From contig JBMOFM010000001.1 of NCBI GenBank assembly GCA_049318825.1, positions 228-64,227 on the forward strand: DNA of 64,000 nucleotides, given 5' to 3'. Both the position numbers and the translations under genes were made by a program. This DNA is from Alphaproteobacteria bacterium (GTDB lineage Bacteria > Pseudomonadota > Alphaproteobacteria > JBMOFM01). The notes below the pieces were generated by a model that did not search any database, was not told the DNA's origin, and saw only the letters and a program-made list of their open reading frames with translations. Position 1 is the stretch's first letter. The number at the start of each line of letters is the position of its first letter. Of the stretch, positions 9,878-18,842 are shown piece by piece.

Positions 9878-10084
9878 TTAGGCGCCTTTGTACAGCGTGA
9901 AAAATTGTTCATAGGCAAGTAAGGCATCCGCTGCATACATCAGCGATGGGCCGCCGCCCATATAAATGGCCATGCCCAGCACTTCTTCAAATTCTTCACG
10001 GGTTGCACCAAGTTTTACTAAAGCTTTACTGTGAAAGCCAATGCAGCCATGGAATAAACAAAAGCATAGCAGTTTCTGTGCCAT
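9878..10084 (-). pseudogene. N-terminally truncated carboxymuconolactone decarboxylase / AhpD-family gene (68 codons)
   Basis: HGCIGFHSKALVKLGATREEFEEVLGMAIYMGGGPSLMYAA matches the CMD core. The first Cys of the CxxC motif and roughly 30 N-terminal residues are missing. There is an in-frame stop 11 codons upstream. Confidence 0.55.
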
Positions 10085-10140
10085 GAATCGGTAAGGTAGC
10101 TGGCGTGCTTTAGGTTATATCAATATATGGTAATAGTAAT

Positions 10141-10905
10141 TTATGCGGCCACTGGAAATTGCTGATCGATATAAAAATTTTCACGATGAAAAATATAGGA
10201 TTTTTTTTCATGCTTGCTAAGATGCGCGCTTTTGAATTCAATTGTATTGGCGCTTACATAGACACTCCAATGCGCTTCTCTGCCGGCGATTGGTTTATTG
10301 GATTGGAAAGCTTCTGGTGAAAACAACCCCACATTAACCCCGCCGATGTGGCGGGCAGAATAATAGGTGAATAATTCTGTGCCTGCTTGGCGCATGGCAG
10401 AGCCAAGCAATTGTGCCTGAGCGTAAGATGATGGGTGGCTAATATCATTGCGGTGGTTTTCAAAGGGTGGGGCATTAAGCAAAAGAGATTGATTGGATTT
10501 TACGCGAGCCACAAAATGAGTGTAGGGTACCTGCATGGGTTTGAATTGTGCCGCGCTGTGATGCGCGAACAAAAACCTTCCATACACCACTTCGGCCATG
10601 GAGGTTGTTAATTCTTCTGAACCATAAAAAAGGCTTTGTTCAATGATTGTATGAAATCTAGCACCAGATTTTAGCGGCGGGTAACGAAATGGCGTGTAGA
10701 GGAGATAATGCAATTCTCCACGGCTATTGCATGTGGAAGTTGTGGGTTTAGACTGATCAAGAAGTTCTTCAAGAATGCGCTGTTCTTCATCGCTATCCAC
10801 CAACTTACGGGTGGCTATAAAGTGCTGGCCTTCTACTATCCTGTAAATATTATTTTCATAGGGTTGGAAATATTCAGCCAAATTGAGTGATGAAAGTGCT
10901 TCCAT
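10141..10905 (-). CDS. RES-domain toxin (MbcT/ParT-type)
   Basis: 254 aa. YRIVEGQH..., LLYTPFRYPP and RFH blocks. The ATG overlaps the antitoxin TAA by 1 nt (TAATG). Confidence 0.8.
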   Translation of the reverse strand: MEALSSLNLAEYFQPYENNIYRIVEGQHFIATRKLVDSDEEQRILEELLDQSKPTTSTCNSRGELHYLLYTPFRYPPLKSGARFHTIIEQSLFYGSEELTTSMAEVVYGRFLFAHHSAAQFKPMQVPYTHFVARVKSNQSLLLNAPPFENHRNDISHPSSYAQAQLLGSAMRQAGTELFTYYSARHIGGVNVGLFSPEAFQSNKPIAGREAHWSVYVSANTIEFKSAHLSKHEKKSYIFHRENFYIDQQFPVAA

Positions 10906-11282
10906 TATTGGCCACGCATATAATCGACATATTGCACCACCCTAGTTAAGCCTTCAACATTGCGCATTAATTCAAAAGGTGTGCCACCCAGCGCAATGTT
11001 ATGAGATTTTAACCATAGGCACTCATTCTCTGTATTGCCACCCATGTAACAATCAAGCCCTCTGAAAATGCGCAGGAATAAAATAGCCAATTGCCATTGC
11101 TTGCTATGATGATCTAACAGATATTGATCATTTTTCAGGCGCGAGATGGTAGCTTCGCTGAGGCCAATAATTTCTCCCAGCTGTTTATTATTGATGCCCC
11201 AATAATCAGCAGCATTTTTAAGTGCTTTGGTGAGAATAATATCTTCTCGATGCGCTGTGCCTTGGATAGTTTTAGCCATCAT
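10905..11282 (-). CDS. Xre-like antitoxin with C-terminal DUF2384-type toxin-binding domain
   Basis: HTH GINNKQLGEIIGLSEATISRLKN plus LGGTPFELMRNVEGLTRVVQYVDYM. Upstream of, and coupled to, the RES gene. Confidence 0.8.
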   Translation of the reverse strand: MMAKTIQGTAHREDIILTKALKNAADYWGINNKQLGEIIGLSEATISRLKNDQYLLDHHSKQWQLAILFLRIFRGLDCYMGGNTENECLWLKSHNIALGGTPFELMRNVEGLTRVVQYVDYMRGQ

Positions 11283-11366
11283 GCTATTCTTTCCTTTATT
11301 TCTATGGAAAGAATAGCATGATTATTTTTCTGCTGCAAGAATTGATACTAATAATGATTGCTGAGC

Positions 11367-12593
11367 CTAAAAGGGCGATGGAGAGATTTTTCTTGTGTTA
11401 TTAAACACAGGGCGAGGGTTTTTATTGGTGGTTAATCGGGGTTCAAGGTCTATATCATTTGCTGAGAATTGGTTTGTTTCTACCTGTTCTATGAGATGAG
11501 GCTGAGGTAAAATTGTTTTCTGGTTAGTTGGTGATGGTGGGGTGATTTTATTAGGGGAGAGCAGCATGCTTTGAGTAGCCGTGGCTGCGCCCTTGGTGGG
11601 TAATGTGGCTTGAGGCAAAACAGCAGTGCTTTGTGGGGTGGTGTTTTGTACAATCACTGGTTGGGTGGGGGTTAATATAGTTCTCATTCTCTCCAGCTTT
11701 ATTTGTCTATCTTGTTGGTTGTTGTAAATACGATTGGAGTAGGTTTCGTTAGCTCCAAATAGTGAAGGGGGAATGGGGGATGGTTCTATGGGGGGGCGAT
11801 CAAAACCGCTTTGATTGAGACCGGGAGCTTGGAAATTGGGGTTAAAGAAGCTGTATTTTTGCTCCTCAATTGTGGTGCCAATGGGTGTAACGCTATAGCT
11901 TTGGACACGCGCTTGTAAAATAATTTGATTGTCGTTTAAGGTGATGCGTTTTCCTTGTTCATTCGTAAAAATGCCATTATCATTCAGTGTTTCTACATGT
12001 TTTAACTGCTCAACATAGCCACCTTTATCATAAACGGCTGCGGGTGCTTGGTTGGCTAAATCCAGCCCGTTAATCATTTTTTGCCAAGTGATGGTAACAC
12101 CCAATTTTTGCCCCATGGCCAGAATGTGGTTGGCCACAGCTTGCAGTTTGGCGAGTTCTATTGTATCGCATGCATCTGGGGAAGGGCAGTTTTGAGCGGC
12201 GAATGTACCTAGATCTATACTGCCGTTACCAATATCCCCATGGCCATACCATGCTTCGGTTTTGCTGCCATCTGGAGCGCGGGTGCCTTCCACAAGGCCA
12301 ATCATTTTGGCGATGAGTGAATCAGAGCCGCCTTCAAATAATAAGGGAACCAGCCTTTCATCCACTGGTTTATTTTCACCGATTGCAGCAACCAGCGTTT
12401 CCATGGAAATAGAAAAAGGTTTTGGGGGGCTGGGTGTGGTTATTGTTGTGGGCGCAGGTGATGGCGTGGGTGCTTTGGCGGCAGCATTAAAATTTTGAGC
12501 AATGGAAGCTTGTGCGCCACTCATGGTGACAATAACAGCGCCCACAAAAGCCACGGCGCCTTGAAAAAGAGGGTTGGATAATAAATGCTGCAT
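11367..12593 (-). CDS. Hypothetical secreted protein with Pro/Thr-rich linkers
   Basis: 408 aa. Signal peptide (AVAFVGAVIVTMSGAQA). Central globular region containing LVEGTRAPDGSKTEAWYGHGDIGNG. Pro-rich N- and C-terminal tracts. Confidence 0.6.
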   Translation of the reverse strand: MQHLLSNPLFQGAVAFVGAVIVTMSGAQASIAQNFNAAAKAPTPSPAPTTITTPSPPKPFSISMETLVAAIGENKPVDERLVPLLFEGGSDSLIAKMIGLVEGTRAPDGSKTEAWYGHGDIGNGSIDLGTFAAQNCPSPDACDTIELAKLQAVANHILAMGQKLGVTITWQKMINGLDLANQAPAAVYDKGGYVEQLKHVETLNDNGIFTNEQGKRITLNDNQIILQARVQSYSVTPIGTTIEEQKYSFFNPNFQAPGLNQSGFDRPPIEPSPIPPSLFGANETYSNRIYNNQQDRQIKLERMRTILTPTQPVIVQNTTPQSTAVLPQATLPTKGAATATQSMLLSPNKITPPSPTNQKTILPQPHLIEQVETNQFSANDIDLEPRLTTNKNPRPVFNNTRKISPSPF

Positions 12594-12787
12594 TGTGCTG
12601 GTTCCCTCTATTCAAAATTTTTTAGGCCATTTATTGATTAATATGTTTTTTATTTGTTTTTAATACGCATAAAATGCATGTATTTAATGTATGGTAGTTA
12701 TTGCCGCATGTAAATTAAATTTTAACAAATAAAGTTGCGAATTATTTATTGTTGGTGCGGTGAATTGCACTAATGTCGCATTGCTGT

Positions 12788-12806
12788 GATCTTAATAATC
12801 ATTATC
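12788..12806. promoter_or_regulatory. Fur-box-like site upstream of the cupredoxin-FTR1 operon
   Basis: GATCTTAATAATCATTATC matches the classical 19-bp Fur consensus GATAATGATAATCATTATC at 16/19 positions. It lies 37 nt upstream of the ATG at 12843. Confidence 0.55.
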
Positions 12807-12842
12807 ATTTGCAATGGATTATCAATTGATGGAAAAAATATC

Positions 12843-13202
12843 ATGAGTACAGCAAAAAGACAGGGTTGCAGGCTGGTTATTGGCGTATTATCTGCTATGA
12901 TATTGGTGGGTGGTTTTGCTTATAAAGCAGAGGCAGAAGAGTTGGTGTATGAATTGAATATTGTGAATCATCATTTTGTGCCGGCTGAGTTGAAAGTGCC
13001 ATCTGGTCAGGCGTTTTTTTTGCAGGTAAAAAATACGGATGCAACACCAGAAGAATTTGAAAGCCACCCGTTAAAAATAGAAAAAATTATTCCTGCTGGG
13101 GTTACCAGTAAAATTCGCGTACGGGCATTGGATTCAGGTGAGTATAAGTTTTTTGGCGAGTTTAATGAAAAGACCGCCCAAGGTGTAATAATAGCAGAGT
13201 AG
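12843..13202 (+). CDS. Periplasmic cupredoxin-like domain protein (iron-uptake accessory)
   Basis: Signal/TM segment, then ELNIVNHHFVPAELKVPSGQAFFLQVKNTDATPEEFESH. An FTR1 permease gene lies immediately downstream. Confidence 0.7.
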   Translation: MSTAKRQGCRLVIGVLSAMILVGGFAYKAEAEELVYELNIVNHHFVPAELKVPSGQAFFLQVKNTDATPEEFESHPLKIEKIIPAGVTSKIRVRALDSGEYKFFGEFNEKTAQGVIIAE

Positions 13203-13210
13203 GTGCAGCG

Positions 13211-14059
13211 ATGTTTGCCACCCTTTTAATTGTATTTAGAGAAGTAATAGAAGCTGGTTTGGTGGTGGGCATTGTATTGGCTGCCACTAGGGGTTTGCGC
13301 TATCGCCATTTATGGGTGGGTGGCGGTGTGCTTGCCGGATTGTTGGGGGCATGTATTATTGCCGTTTTTGCGCGTGAAATTGGTGAAACCATGCAAGGCA
13401 TGGGGCAGGAGATATTTAATGCCACCATCTTGCTGCTGGCGGTGCTGATGCTGGCTTGGCATAATATATGGATGTCGCGCCATGGTAGAGTGATAGCGGC
13501 TGAAATGAAAGATTTGGGGGCGGCTGTGGCCAGTGGTAAGCGCTCTATGTTGGCTTTGGCCATGGTGATAGGGGTGGCTGTGCTGCGGGAAGGGGCAGAG
13601 GTAGTGCTTTTTCTGTATGGGGTGGTGGCTTCTGATCAGGGCAGTAAAGCAGAAATGTTGCTGGGTGGCACAGTGGGATTGGTGTTGGGCGGTGTATTAT
13701 CCGCCATGATGTATTTGAGTTTGGTGCGTATTCCGCTGCGTTATTTGTTTAGTATAACAAGTGGTCTGATTTGTTTGTTGGCGGCAGGAATGGCTGCGCA
13801 GGCGGTAGCCTTTTTGCAGCAGGCCGGAGTGATTACTGTTTTTGATAAAATTGTTTGGGACAGTTCTGCGATTATTCCAGAAAAAACGATTGTTGGAAAA
13901 ATTTTACAGGCCTTAGTGGGTTATGTTGAGCAGCCCAGTGAAATGCAGATTATGGTCTATGTTTTTACTTTGGTAGCGATATGGGGGTTAATGCGGTTAT
14001 TTGCTGTGCCACATAGCAAACCGCAAGCGAATTATAGGGTTCACCAGATCGCTGAGTGA
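13211..14059 (+). CDS. FTR1-family high-affinity iron permease
   Basis: Two RExxE-type motifs (REVIEAG, REGAEVV). Seven predicted TM segments. Confidence 0.85.
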   Translation: MFATLLIVFREVIEAGLVVGIVLAATRGLRYRHLWVGGGVLAGLLGACIIAVFAREIGETMQGMGQEIFNATILLLAVLMLAWHNIWMSRHGRVIAAEMKDLGAAVASGKRSMLALAMVIGVAVLREGAEVVLFLYGVVASDQGSKAEMLLGGTVGLVLGGVLSAMMYLSLVRIPLRYLFSITSGLICLLAAGMAAQAVAFLQQAGVITVFDKIVWDSSAIIPEKTIVGKILQALVGYVEQPSEMQIMVYVFTLVAIWGLMRLFAVPHSKPQANYRVHQIAE

Positions 14060-14081
14060 TGTTTTATTGTGGATAAAAAAA

Positions 14082-14103
14082 GCCACCGTGGAGGGACGGT
14101 GGC
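14082..14103. terminator. GC hairpin after the FTR1 gene
   Basis: GCCACCGT-GGAGGG-ACGGTGGC, preceded by A7. The U-tract exists only on the minus-strand reading, so this may be bidirectional or weak. Confidence 0.4.
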
Positions 14104-14272
14104 CAACAGAGAGAAAAAGAGAAAATAGTTTTTAATTATTATTTTCAGAGAATACCGCAATTCTTTTTGCTTGTGCATTAAATTTTGTTCATGTTATGAG
14201 TAAAGTTGTTTTTTTAGGTTAGCTGTTTGAGCCACTATTGATGGCTGAATAAGTGATTATTGTAGAGATGGT

Positions 14273-14746
14273 GTGATGGTTGATTCTGTAAAAGGTTTTC
14301 CGGTATCGTGGGAAGAGTTGCACCGCCACGCTAGGGCGTTGGCTTGGCGTTTATTAGAAAAAGGCCCATGGGAGGGGATTATTGCCATTGCCCGTGGTGG
14401 GTTGGTGCCAGCTGCTATTGTAGCGAGAGAGCTTGAAATTAGATTGGTGGATACGGTGTGTATATCCAGCTATGATGATACGCAACTTCGCCAATCACAA
14501 ATATTGAAGAGCATTAATCATCAGGGCAAGGGATGGTTGGTGATTGATGATTTGGTGGATACTGGGCGCACGGCTCGGTTGGTAAAAGAGATGTGCCCAT
14601 TATGTCATTTAGCTACCATTTATGCAAAACCTCAAGGCAGGCCATTGGTGGATACATTTATCACTGAAGTGAGCCAAGATACTTGGATTTATTTTCCTTG
14701 GGATGTTGAATTGCGGCCAGCTGCCCCGATTGCCAGCAAAATATAA
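14273..14746 (+). CDS. gpt: Xanthine-guanine phosphoribosyltransferase
   Basis: Colinear with E. coli Gpt: GIIAIARGGLVPAAIVARELEIRLVDTVCISSYD, VIDDLVDTGRTA, DTWIYFPWD. Confidence 0.93.
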   Translation: MMVDSVKGFPVSWEELHRHARALAWRLLEKGPWEGIIAIARGGLVPAAIVARELEIRLVDTVCISSYDDTQLRQSQILKSINHQGKGWLVIDDLVDTGRTARLVKEMCPLCHLATIYAKPQGRPLVDTFITEVSQDTWIYFPWDVELRPAAPIASKI

Positions 14747-14749
14747 ATA

Positions 14750-15514
14750 ATGGAATGGCAGGATGAAGGCATTCTGCTAAAAGCAGAAAAATTGGGGGAA
14801 AGAAAGGCGGTTGCTACTTTTTTTACCAGAGAGCATGGAAATCATGCGGGGTTAATACAAAATATAACCGCAAAAAACAATATTGGTTGGTTGCAGCCTG
14901 GTAATAGTTTGCAAATACAATGGTTTGCAAGGCTGGAAGATCAGTTGGGGGTATTTTCGTGGCAGGCATTGGGTAACCATGTTGCAGATTTTATTTTTTC
15001 GCCGTTAAAATTATTATTGCTGCAATCCACCTTGGGGTTGATTGGTTTATTATTGCCCGACCGCTTGCCCTATCCTGATCTTTATGCAAAAACCTTGAAT
15101 TTATTGGCAGGTGATGCCGCTAAGGGGCAGAGTGAGCCAATATTATTACAAAATTATATTTTTTGGGAGTTGTATTTTTTGGCAGCCATTGGCTATGGCT
15201 TGGATTTATCTGTTTGCGCACTGACGGGTAGCCGTGAGCAACTGGCTTATGTTTCCCCTAAAACGGGGCGGGCGGCTAGCTTAGCAGCAGGATTGCCTTA
15301 TGCTGGCCGTTTATTGGCGCTGCCTCAATTTTTGTTGTCCAATTTTTTGCTGGGGGATGATCAACATCAGGCAGGGGAAATATCCCAGCAGGAATTGCAG
15401 CAGGGTTTGGCTTTAACAGGCTATTTTTTAGAAAAATTATTAAAAGAACAAAAAAATACCCTATTGCCACCCGCCCGTCAGCGCTTATCTTCTTTGTTGT
15501 TAGCCAGTGAATAG
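14750..15514 (+). CDS. recO: DNA repair protein RecO
   Basis: 254 aa. N-terminal OB-fold start MEWQDEGILL. Length and layout are typical of alphaproteobacterial RecO. Confidence 0.75.
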   Translation: MEWQDEGILLKAEKLGERKAVATFFTREHGNHAGLIQNITAKNNIGWLQPGNSLQIQWFARLEDQLGVFSWQALGNHVADFIFSPLKLLLLQSTLGLIGLLLPDRLPYPDLYAKTLNLLAGDAAKGQSEPILLQNYIFWELYFLAAIGYGLDLSVCALTGSREQLAYVSPKTGRAASLAAGLPYAGRLLALPQFLLSNFLLGDDQHQAGEISQQELQQGLALTGYFLEKLLKEQKNTLLPPARQRLSSLLLASE

Positions 15515-15524
15515 CTTTTAATTG

Positions 15525-16262
15525 TTATATGCGTGGGCCTGGCCCTGCGTATGTTTGATAATTGGCAAGATTTTTATTGTTTTTAGGCGCGGTGCATTGC
15601 ACTTGAAACATATCAAAATTTTTGAATAGCGTTTCAGAACTGCTGTTGGCATCGGGTTTATTCCAAGGGATTGTAGTACTACCTTTTTCATAAGTAGAGC
15701 TATTAAAGACACCGGTGAGGCTGCAGACGGAATCGTTATCCTTCACCACGTTGAAGGCGAGTTTATTTATTTCTACCAGTTCTGGAGTATTTAAGGTTCT
15801 GTCTTTCGGTACTTTGGCGGCAATCACACCAATAGTATAATCATTTAAGGCGGGTTTTGGCGATGAATCTCGTACGAGGTAAATAATCTCGCCAGTGTTA
15901 GGGGGATTGCTGATAAGAGTTTTTACCGTATCTGGTGGTACAATATTGCGCAATCCATTATTATTGTTTTTGAGTATGGACTGAGGAACATCGGCATCTG
16001 AGTTTCTTGTAATATTATTGGGTGGTGTTGCGGTGGGCTTGGATTTGGGAGTGGCATCTGGCGATGGAGTGGGCGTATAAAAATTTAGGGGTAGAGTCTT
16101 AGTTATAGTTTTAGGATCAGTGGTTGGAAAATCTGGGCGAGGAGGGGTGCGGTTGAACAAATTGAGTGGGTTAAAGCCTATGGCTGCACAAACCCCTGTA
16201 ATAACGCCTGTTACTGCTAATCCAGTGATTACCAGCCAGTTTTTTTGTTCATTTTTAGCCAT
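15525..16262 (-). CDS. Hypothetical membrane-anchored protein with Pro/Thr-rich linker
   Basis: N-terminal TM segment (WLVITGLAVTGVITGVCAAIGF), a PTPSPDATPKSKPTATPP linker and an unrecognised C-terminal domain. Confidence 0.55.
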   Translation of the reverse strand: MAKNEQKNWLVITGLAVTGVITGVCAAIGFNPLNLFNRTPPRPDFPTTDPKTITKTLPLNFYTPTPSPDATPKSKPTATPPNNITRNSDADVPQSILKNNNNGLRNIVPPDTVKTLISNPPNTGEIIYLVRDSSPKPALNDYTIGVIAAKVPKDRTLNTPELVEINKLAFNVVKDNDSVCSLTGVFNSSTYEKGSTTIPWNKPDANSSSETLFKNFDMFQVQCTAPKNNKNLANYQTYAGPGPRI

Positions 16263-16414
16263 TATTGCTTTCCATTTCCATTAATTATGGTTTTATTATA
16301 CATGTATATAAAATATTATCCATTGTTTTTTGTTGTGCTATTCTTGCCTTTGCATGATGGGCGGTTTAGTGTGAGGTAATAGATAAAAGCCGATATGGAG
16401 AGGAGTAAAAGCTG

Positions 16415-17587
16415 ATGTTGGGTAAAGAGCCAGAAACTTTGCTGACGCATGCAGGCAATGCGCCAGAAAAAAACCAAGGTATTGTTAACCCACCTGTTTA
16501 TCATGCTTCTACGGTTATTTTTCCCAGCGTTGCTTATATGGAGGAGGGGGCAAAACAACCTTATGAAGGGGTGCGTTATGGCCGTTATGGTACCCCCACC
16601 AGCCGTGCTTTTGAAGATGCGGTGGCCGCTTTGGAAGGGGGCTACCGTGCGGTGGTGACCAGCTCTGGTCTCAATGCCATTACCACTGCTTTATTGGCGT
16701 TTGTGAAGAGTGGGGATCATTTATTATTGGTGGATAATTGTTATTACCCTACCCGTCAATTTGCAGAAAAAATATTGAGTGGTTTAGGGGTGACAACCAG
16801 CTATTACCCCCCTGAGGTGGGAGAAAATATCGCCGATTATATTCGCCCCAATACCCGCATGATTTATTTGGAATCTCCTGGTTCATTCAGTTTTGAAATG
16901 CAGGATGTGCCAGCCATTACGCGTGTGGCTAAGGAACGTGGAATTTTAACCATGATGGATAATACTTGGGCAACGCCCTTGTTTTTTCAACCGCTAGCTC
17001 ATGGAGTGGATTTATCTATTCAAGCCGCTACTAAATATATTGTGGGGCATTCGGATGCTATGCTGGGGGTGATTACTGCTAAAGAAGAGGTTTTTTGGCC
17101 ATTAAAAACCATCGCCGCGATTTTAGGGGTATGTGCGGGGCCTGATGATGTGTATTTGGGCTTACGTGGCTTACGCTCTTTAGCGGCGCGCTTGGCTATG
17201 CACCAGCAACATGCGCTAACGGTAGCGGAATGGTTGAGCCGTCGTTCGGAGGTGGTGCGTGTTATTCATCCCGCGCGGCCCGATCATCCTGGATATCATT
17301 TATGGCAGCGGGACTATCATGGTTCAACGGGTTTATTTGCGGTAATATTGGATAAGGTTTTTGATAAAGAGGCCGTAACCCGCATGGTGGAAAGCTGCCG
17401 CTTATTTGGTTTGGGCTATAGTTGGGGGGGGTATGAATCACTGATTATGCCGTTTTTTTCACCGCCGCCGCGTGATTGCACGCCATGGCAGCAAGAAGGT
17501 ACATTGCTTAGGTTGCATGTGGGGTTAGAAGCGGTTACCGATTTGTTGCATGATTTAGAAGAAGGGCTCAAGCATTTGCATGGTTGA
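16415..17587 (+). CDS. metC: Cystathionine beta-lyase (PLP-dependent, Cys/Met metabolism family)
   Basis: 390 aa. PLP-lysine block ATKYIVGHSD. GGAGAGGAG Shine-Dalgarno upstream. Confidence 0.88.
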   Translation: MLGKEPETLLTHAGNAPEKNQGIVNPPVYHASTVIFPSVAYMEEGAKQPYEGVRYGRYGTPTSRAFEDAVAALEGGYRAVVTSSGLNAITTALLAFVKSGDHLLLVDNCYYPTRQFAEKILSGLGVTTSYYPPEVGENIADYIRPNTRMIYLESPGSFSFEMQDVPAITRVAKERGILTMMDNTWATPLFFQPLAHGVDLSIQAATKYIVGHSDAMLGVITAKEEVFWPLKTIAAILGVCAGPDDVYLGLRGLRSLAARLAMHQQHALTVAEWLSRRSEVVRVIHPARPDHPGYHLWQRDYHGSTGLFAVILDKVFDKEAVTRMVESCRLFGLGYSWGGYESLIMPFFSPPPRDCTPWQQEGTLLRLHVGLEAVTDLLHDLEEGLKHLHG

Positions 17588-18831
17588 CACTAGACCCCTT
17601 TATTTATATAAAAAGCCAATTATTTGATGTAAATATGGGTAGAAAAATGGCCGACCAGTTGCACCGTGTGTTAATTACCGATCAACCATCGGTTGGTTGG
17701 GATTTTCGTAATCTTTCTTTCTTAAAACCCTATTTGCAATATCTTGATGACCAGAAGCAACCATTTGAAATAAGGTTTTATGTGGATGGGCGTTTATGTT
17801 TCCCTATTGGAGACATGATTGATATGGAGCAATATGATTATTTATACGGGTTTCATTCTAACCATTATAAACGGGGTGAAAAATCTAAAGAATTATTGGA
17901 ATATTATAAAACTTTATCTGACACGGTTTTTTCTTTGGATGAAATGCCGAGGCAATTACATGCATTACAACCAGAATTATTTCCATTATTGACTGATATT
18001 GACCCTGATATTAGCCAAATGGGAGCATATTTAACCCCGAATACTGAGCGGTTAGAACATTATAAAGAGGTTTTACAGGAAAAAAGACAGGCATTATTGG
18101 CAATAGCCAATGAGAATGAGCCTGATAAATTTCGCGATGTGGCCTTTGTGGTGGTGGCGGGTTTATCCCCTATTACCGATGCTGTGGCGGATAGGGCAGA
18201 AAAAATTCGCTTAGGCCAAGCAAAATCAATCCATTTTGAATTATTGGCAGAAATTTTACATGATTATCAGGTGAAAGCCGCCACGAAGGGAATTTTAGTG
18301 TTGCCGATTTCGGCGCAGTTTTCTAGCCCGCCTTATAATAATTTACAAGAATTAGCGGTGGGGCTGCGTGATGTTAGTAATAATTATGGTGTGTGGCCTG
18401 CCATTGATACGTTAGGCGTGGATTGGGATAATAATTTTATGGATCAAATTGCGCTGATGGCTGCGCTTCAGCACGATGCTGAAGGGCATGGCTTGCCTTC
18501 GGTTGCTTTTGGTAATGCGGCTACCTATCAAAATATTATTTTTGGGGTAGGCGGTTATGATTGCCAGATGATGGGGCATCATGCAGAAGCCATTAATGGG
18601 CGCGATGATCGGCTGTTCTTTAATGCCTTGCAGGATAAAATGCTAGGACGATTAACCATGCACTATCAAGATGTTCAAGCTCTTGGGGATTGGACACCGG
18701 TGGTAGAAGGGATGAAGCAGCAATTGCGGCAGTTGGTGGGTGAAAAAATCCCTTCTTCTGACTTGATAAATAGTCAAGATTATGGGAATAATGTTCGCCA
18801 TTCTGGGGTTAATCCTAAACCAAAAATTTAA
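17584..18831 (+). CDS. Hypothetical protein (orphan, no recognised domain)
   Basis: 415-codon ORF. The TTG at 17584 overlaps the metC stop (TTGA). Alternative ATG starts at 17635 and 17647. No signal peptide. Confidence 0.55.
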   Translation: MTLDPFIYIKSQLFDVNMGRKMADQLHRVLITDQPSVGWDFRNLSFLKPYLQYLDDQKQPFEIRFYVDGRLCFPIGDMIDMEQYDYLYGFHSNHYKRGEKSKELLEYYKTLSDTVFSLDEMPRQLHALQPELFPLLTDIDPDISQMGAYLTPNTERLEHYKEVLQEKRQALLAIANENEPDKFRDVAFVVVAGLSPITDAVADRAEKIRLGQAKSIHFELLAEILHDYQVKAATKGILVLPISAQFSSPPYNNLQELAVGLRDVSNNYGVWPAIDTLGVDWDNNFMDQIALMAALQHDAEGHGLPSVAFGNAATYQNIIFGVGGYDCQMMGHHAEAINGRDDRLFFNALQDKMLGRLTMHYQDVQALGDWTPVVEGMKQQLRQLVGEKIPSSDLINSQDYGNNVRHSGVNPKPKI

Positions 18832-18842
18832 TTTTTTAAGCA

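Noticed and set aside
14104-14272. Looked for a purine riboswitch upstream of gpt
   Set aside because: No junction core or P1-P2-P3 arrangement is recognisable.
16263-16414. Looked for a SAM-II-type riboswitch upstream of metC (AAAGCU lies near the start codon)
   Set aside because: Only the short AAAGCT string is present. I could not build the pseudoknot or find the conserved loop. An Infernal scan would be needed to decide.
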